Shown here piece after piece: positions 51,301 through 54,425 of a DNA stretch of 54,425 nt (position 1 is the stretch's first letter; the number at the start of each line of letters is the position of its first letter). A program made the translations under genes and the position numbers. The stretch is from Sulfurospirillum sp. (GTDB taxonomy: Bacteria > Campylobacterota > Campylobacteria > Campylobacterales > Sulfurospirillaceae). Under the pieces are notes generated by a model. That model worked only from the letters and a program-made list of their open reading frames with translations. It ran no database searches and was not told the origin of the DNA. The stretch covers positions 1-54,425 of the forward strand of contig JASFYR010000038.1 in NCBI GenBank assembly GCA_045047115.1, read 5' to 3'.

Positions 51301-54300
51301 TACTTACACCATTTGATGAAATTTTCAGATTTTGAAACTCTACACTTGAAACTGCGTTAAAGAGGCTATTTTGAGGTTTTACATTGCCAGAGAGCTTTAT
51401 CCAAAAATTATTAAAACTCGGATTTGCTTCTACTGTATCGAATGTAAATGTTGCAAAATTTGAGATACTAAGGTCTCTCAAAGCAGATGAACTTATACCC
51501 AAATCCTCTATTCCGTTACTGCTTACTGCCGCTGCTAGTTTTAATTCAAACGGCGTAGTCGAACCCAAAAAGTTCTCTTTGTTGTATTGAAGCCCAAAAT
51601 TGCCAGATATGGCTCCACTCGAAAATGTCGTATCAAACTTGGTTATTCTAAGCCCAGAAATACCAGGAAAATTCATACTTGAAGCCAGAGCAATACTTCC
51701 ACTTACTCCATATCTGTTTATCTTAAAGTTATCAAGCAGAATATTTAAGCCATCTATATCCTTATATCCAAAATTACCTCCTACGCTTACATAAGGAGTG
51801 GTTGCACCAAAATCAAAACCACCATTTAAGCCTTTAAACTCAAATTTGCCTATGTTTACAGTCCTATCAAAAGTCCAGTGAATATTTGATTGCACATAGC
51901 TAAGACCTGCTTGTACCGTACCATCAAATATCTCACTCAAATCGACTTTTCCATCAAATGCAGTAAGCTTAAACGGTATATTCCAATTTGAATTAATACT
52001 GACTCCAACTTGATTTAGTATCAACACAACTTTATTATTTAAAATCACAAATCTTTTATTGTTTAAAGCTGCGAGAACATTCCCGCTAAAACCTGTATTG
52101 CTTATCTCCAAGTTGCTAAAATCTAGTGTCTGTATGCCTACTTTTGTGAAGATATCTGCTTTTACACCTATTTTTCCTGCGAGTTTAACCTTGTATGTGC
52201 CATCACTCTGCTTCTCCACACTTCCACTTATGCCTGAAAATACTATAGTTGTATCATCTTTTTTATAAGTCAAAACCTGAGAAGTACTAAATGTATATAC
52301 TCCTTCATGCGAATAATAGATATCGACAGGCGCCACATCTCCATCAAAGAGTTTTCCAAAGTAAAGCTTGCCATTTGCACTATCAACTCCACTTCCACCA
52401 CTTCCTACATGAGCATTTAAATTTGAGATTTCTACTCTGACATCTTTATCACGAGTTCCAAGATCAAGTATCGTAAACTCTGCTCCTGCACCCTGTATAA
52501 CAAGATTCCAATCAATTCCATCTTTGCTTATCTTTGCATCTGTAAGTTCCACGCTACCTAAGCTTGCAAAGTCACTTAAATATTGACTAAAGTTTGCATT
52601 TGCATGAAAGTATATGACAGGGTTACTAAGACTTCCAAGATCAATCTCCCCGCCGATAGCACTTACAACCACTTTTGCACTTCCATTTTTTATCAAATCA
52701 TGATTGCCACTGAGCGACCAACTGTATTTGCCTCTCTTTAGCGCAGTAGCTAGATTATGTCCGTACTCCTGTATCTCACTGGCAGTTGCGACAGCTTTTG
52801 TGAGGGCTATAACCTCTCCGTCAAGCAACTCTCCAAAATCCAAAGATGCACTCAAACTCTTTACACTCACATCAAAACCGTCTCTTGTTACTTTTATGCC
52901 CAGAGTCGGTGGATTTTGAGCATCAAACTTAACCTTTACTTTTTTGTCACTCCAAACCGTTATATCGTTTATATTTGCACTTATATCACCTCTAAAACCT
53001 CCTCTTGAAATACGAGCATTCCTCAAAGAAGCAGAACTTAAATCAAACCCCAAACTCTGCTCAAAAGCAACATTTGCATTTAAATTCAACACTGGACTCT
53101 TTAGAGATGCCAAATTTATACTTCCTGAGAGTTGGCTCAACTCTATACCATCAATAAGTTTCTTACTACCCCCTAATGACCAGGAATACAAATCATCTTT
53201 TAAGTTACTCAAGGTTACTTTGGCACCTTCGAGCACATCCCCAAAGTCTATCTTTGCTTTTACATTGCTTATGCCTATATTTAAGCCGCTTGAGCCTAAA
53301 TTTAAGTTAAATTTAGGTTTATATTTATCATCAAAAATCAACTTGACATTCTTATCTTTCCAGATATCTATGTCTTTTATATCAGCTTCTATACTGCCCT
53401 TAAAACCACTTTTTGAAATCATTGCATCTTGAAGAGTTGCAGATGTAAGATACCTAAAAACCGTACTGTAATTACTCATGTCTGCAGTAGCATTTAGGAT
53501 AATTTTAGGATTGCTCATATCTGAAAAATCTAAAGTTCCCATAAGTCCGCTTACAGCTATCTTGCTTCCAAACAGATTGCAAGAACCACTCAAACTCCAA
53601 TCATAAATACCACTGCTTGAGACTACTGCATTTTTTGCATCGGACACACTCTTCTTTGCCTCATTTACCGCATCTTTTACATCTTCTGCTACATCTGTTA
53701 TCCTGCCTATCGTTGCGATTGCTCCATCAAGTGCCGAACCAAAATATAGCTTTGCATTTAAGTCGCTAAAGCCAAGTTTGAGTCCTGATTTTTTAACACT
53801 TACATATAGAGTAGGAGCTTTTTCAAAATGAAGCTTCACACCCTTCTCTTGCCAAATCGGCAAATCACTCAAACTCACCTGTATATCTGCACTAAATCCA
53901 TTCTTACGGATTGTAGCATCTTTCAATACTGCCTCTTTTACATTTGAAAACAGACTTCCATAGCCACTCAAATCAACCTTGGAATTAAATACTATGACAG
54001 GAGATGATATATCTTTTAGGTCTATACTGCCTTTTATTCCTGAGAGCTTTATCTTTTCATTCACCAAGTTTTTTGTGCCATCTATATTCCACGAAAGCAG
54101 AGAGCTTGCATCTTTTTCTAATGTCTTCAACTCCACTCTTGCATCTTTGATAAGTGAGCCAAAATCTACGGATGCATCTATATTTTTGATACCAATTTTT
54201 GGGAGTGACGACAGAGAGTTGATCTCTATATTAAAGGTAGGTTTAACTTCATTGTTAAAAATCAGTCTGACATCTTTCCCTGCTCCACCACGATTCAACA

Positions 54301-54425
54301 CAACTACAGGGTCTATATCTGTTTGAGCGCTTATCTCGCCACTAAATCCGCCAGGGCTTATATCTGCACTCAGTGTTGCGTTTGTAAGTTTTTTTGCTAT
54401 CACATTATCATAATTGCTAAAATCC
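48353..54425 (-). CDS. Giant beta-rich repeat protein of unknown function (5' end outside window)
   Basis: Frame is open to the window edge (>2020 aa). Four 136-164-aa repeats, a beta-rich core, two Ig-like segments and a Gly-rich tail. Its stop overlaps the Fn3 gene start (TTGA). Confidence 0.85.
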   Translation of the reverse strand, partial: DFSNYDNVIAKKLTNATLSADISPGGFSGEISAQTDIDPVVVLNRGGAGKDVRLIFNNEVKPTFNIEINSLSSLPKIGIKNIDASVDFGSLIKDARVELKTLEKDASSLLSWNIDGTKNLVNEKIKLSGIKGSIDLKDISSPVIVFNSKVDLSGYGSLFSNVKEAVLKDATIRKNGFSADIQVSLSDLPIWQEKGVKLHFEKAPTLYVSVKKSGLKLGFSDLNAKLYFGSALDGAIATIGRITDVAEDVKDAVNEAKKSVSDAKNAVVSSSGIYDWSLSGSCNLFGSKIAVSGLMGTLDFSDMSNPKIILNATADMSNYSTVFRYLTSATLQDAMISKSGFKGSIEADIKDIDIWKDKNVKLIFDDKYKPKFNLNLGSSGLNIGISNVKAKIDFGDVLEGAKVTLSNLKDDLYSWSLGGSKKLIDGIELSQLSGSINLASLKSPVLNLNANVAFEQSLGFDLSSASLRNARISRGGFRGDISANINDITVWSDKKVKVKFDAQNPPTLGIKVTRDGFDVSVKSLSASLDFGELLDGEVIALTKAVATASEIQEYGHNLATALKRGKYSWSLSGNHDLIKNGSAKVVVSAIGGEIDLGSLSNPVIYFHANANFSQYLSDFASLGSVELTDAKISKDGIDWNLVIQGAGAEFTILDLGTRDKDVRVEISNLNAHVGSGGSGVDSANGKLYFGKLFDGDVAPVDIYYSHEGVYTFSTSQVLTYKKDDTTIVFSGISGSVEKQSDGTYKVKLAGKIGVKADIFTKVGIQTLDFSNLEISNTGFSGNVLAALNNKRFVILNNKVVLILNQVGVSINSNWNIPFKLTAFDGKVDLSEIFDGTVQAGLSYVQSNIHWTFDRTVNIGKFEFKGLNGGFDFGATTPYVSVGGNFGYKDIDGLNILLDNFKINRYGVSGSIALASSMNFPGISGLRITKFDTTFSSGAISGNFGLQYNKENFLGSTTPFELKLAAAVSSNGIEDLGISSSALRDLSISNFATFTFDTVEANPSFNNFWIKLSGNVKPQNSLFNAVSSVEFQNLKISSNGVSIDGAGVDFDVSGASASLGGFGLSIEKLGLGFLNNKFYISTKGTLSLKIAEAGAGLKLYSDGSIDVDSIKVMVNNPAVTFAGEIAWYNNDPVYGNGFGTPSPLQLSIASMFSVKGAFRLGQKNGLYWMAKAQGSLGPSGIPLGPVTIYELGGGAAYNMSISKSGSGQNITYDFVPSGQKNIIIILSSLMGTPDLGFTWHGQIDLNVDSAGQIVMVGDTYILSPKSSSPADKKIHGAITLGMSPASLHITASANIKYMGIGVDGGADIMFTSTEKHVFIGTDPHAEGFNVEEPLGNVKISIFDMGPQGYFMIDTRRLAFGANYHFEKRLSIDLWGPDPYLELKADARGDALMQYNPFFMDFSIEASLSMTAGYGDLFSGTLGAGLGVKFRAPNPTYARVRAYVDIPIYGSASFTTYFPYRPSSSSGDTIPNLVNHIEPYEGDNVSLMPKMKIVTTFNSDGSHFDLGDMDMKTRANITNASSMQGSFETFEKLYYISNVKSVYLRDLTNNHIISIDKIRISQNEIKVIPKFQALIPGHRYKLSGYVTLSYYYQREKATFAGQEDMFDALGEPEAYLRDHGEITGEGLVEVKREEFAKEFTVSSENKLKFSDVIDRVYPANLQQDVIEGESVVLYYDEVVKYLGTSNYLIRNYIVKVTNAKNEPINGQFFYDASDGVPKSVFKPVSPLRVYHFCMNNQTGVIKETFKNSEGEYLNPFKNYTVDGESSPGSNQVAIPPYISSASLSNVDVGEFKASSQDSLYSYFTNNTYNIIVTDHSTNQIVYFSSFGVKYNSSDKESVRRFDAMKDLVEPSMVISKNIDHPEQFKLDTDSGLGAIGAYYGIKKIVKTIWRLEDGSEQKISTDDGIKIVHLRKAGINLLNAKIEYRVGATDELLGTIPIDNISNGEDYSTAGVEEAQDRARNSATEAASAGELIGVTGESPGAGGGFAPNGSGMGNVGGGYNSGNMMGGAREGVGVGAEFNLGGSF

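Noticed and set aside
1..54425. CRISPR array, tRNA or rRNA genes
   Set aside because: No regularly spaced repeats or cloverleaf/rRNA signatures found by eye in any intergenic gap; tRNAscan/Infernal would confirm.

Overview
AT-rich bacterial chromosome segment. Gene content (mqnE futalosine pathway, glnD-glmS, CZB chemoreceptors, extended -10 promoters) points to Campylobacterota (Epsilonproteobacteria); this is an inference. 1-4.2 kb is the end of a decaying integrative element: a GGDEF pseudogene, an AbiEii/AbiEi toxin-antitoxin pair with an inverted-repeat operator, an unknown ORF and a tyrosine integrase with an internal deletion. Its boundary appears to fall in the first codons of a trpG/pabA-like gene. 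4.3-17 kb holds arginase, ornithine cyclodeaminase, purine salvage genes, mqnE, an orphan trpB, glnD, glmS, lpdA and lipA. 17-24.4 kb is an accessory block (rhlE, two soluble CZB chemoreceptors, RelE/ParE TA, HEPN remnant, DUF2892-HD-GYP, antiporter) lying between lipA-lpdA and a gcvT-H-PA-PB-lipoyl ligase operon. Next come a large GGDEF-EAL sensor, HIT, MOSC, a dipeptide epimerase with dppABCDF, a DUF2333-like gene, a SelW/Rdx selenoprotein whose N-terminus the ORF track missed (CxxU plus SECIS-like hairpin), a frameshifted glycerate kinase and galU. The right end holds the most unusual locus, an apparent operon of a >2000-aa beta-rich repeat protein (start outside the window), a secreted six-Fn3 protein and a CHASE2 histidine kinase. 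Two tiny MITE-like inverted-repeat elements are present. No rRNA, tRNA or CRISPR array was seen. All family assignments are by eye from motifs, not database searches.
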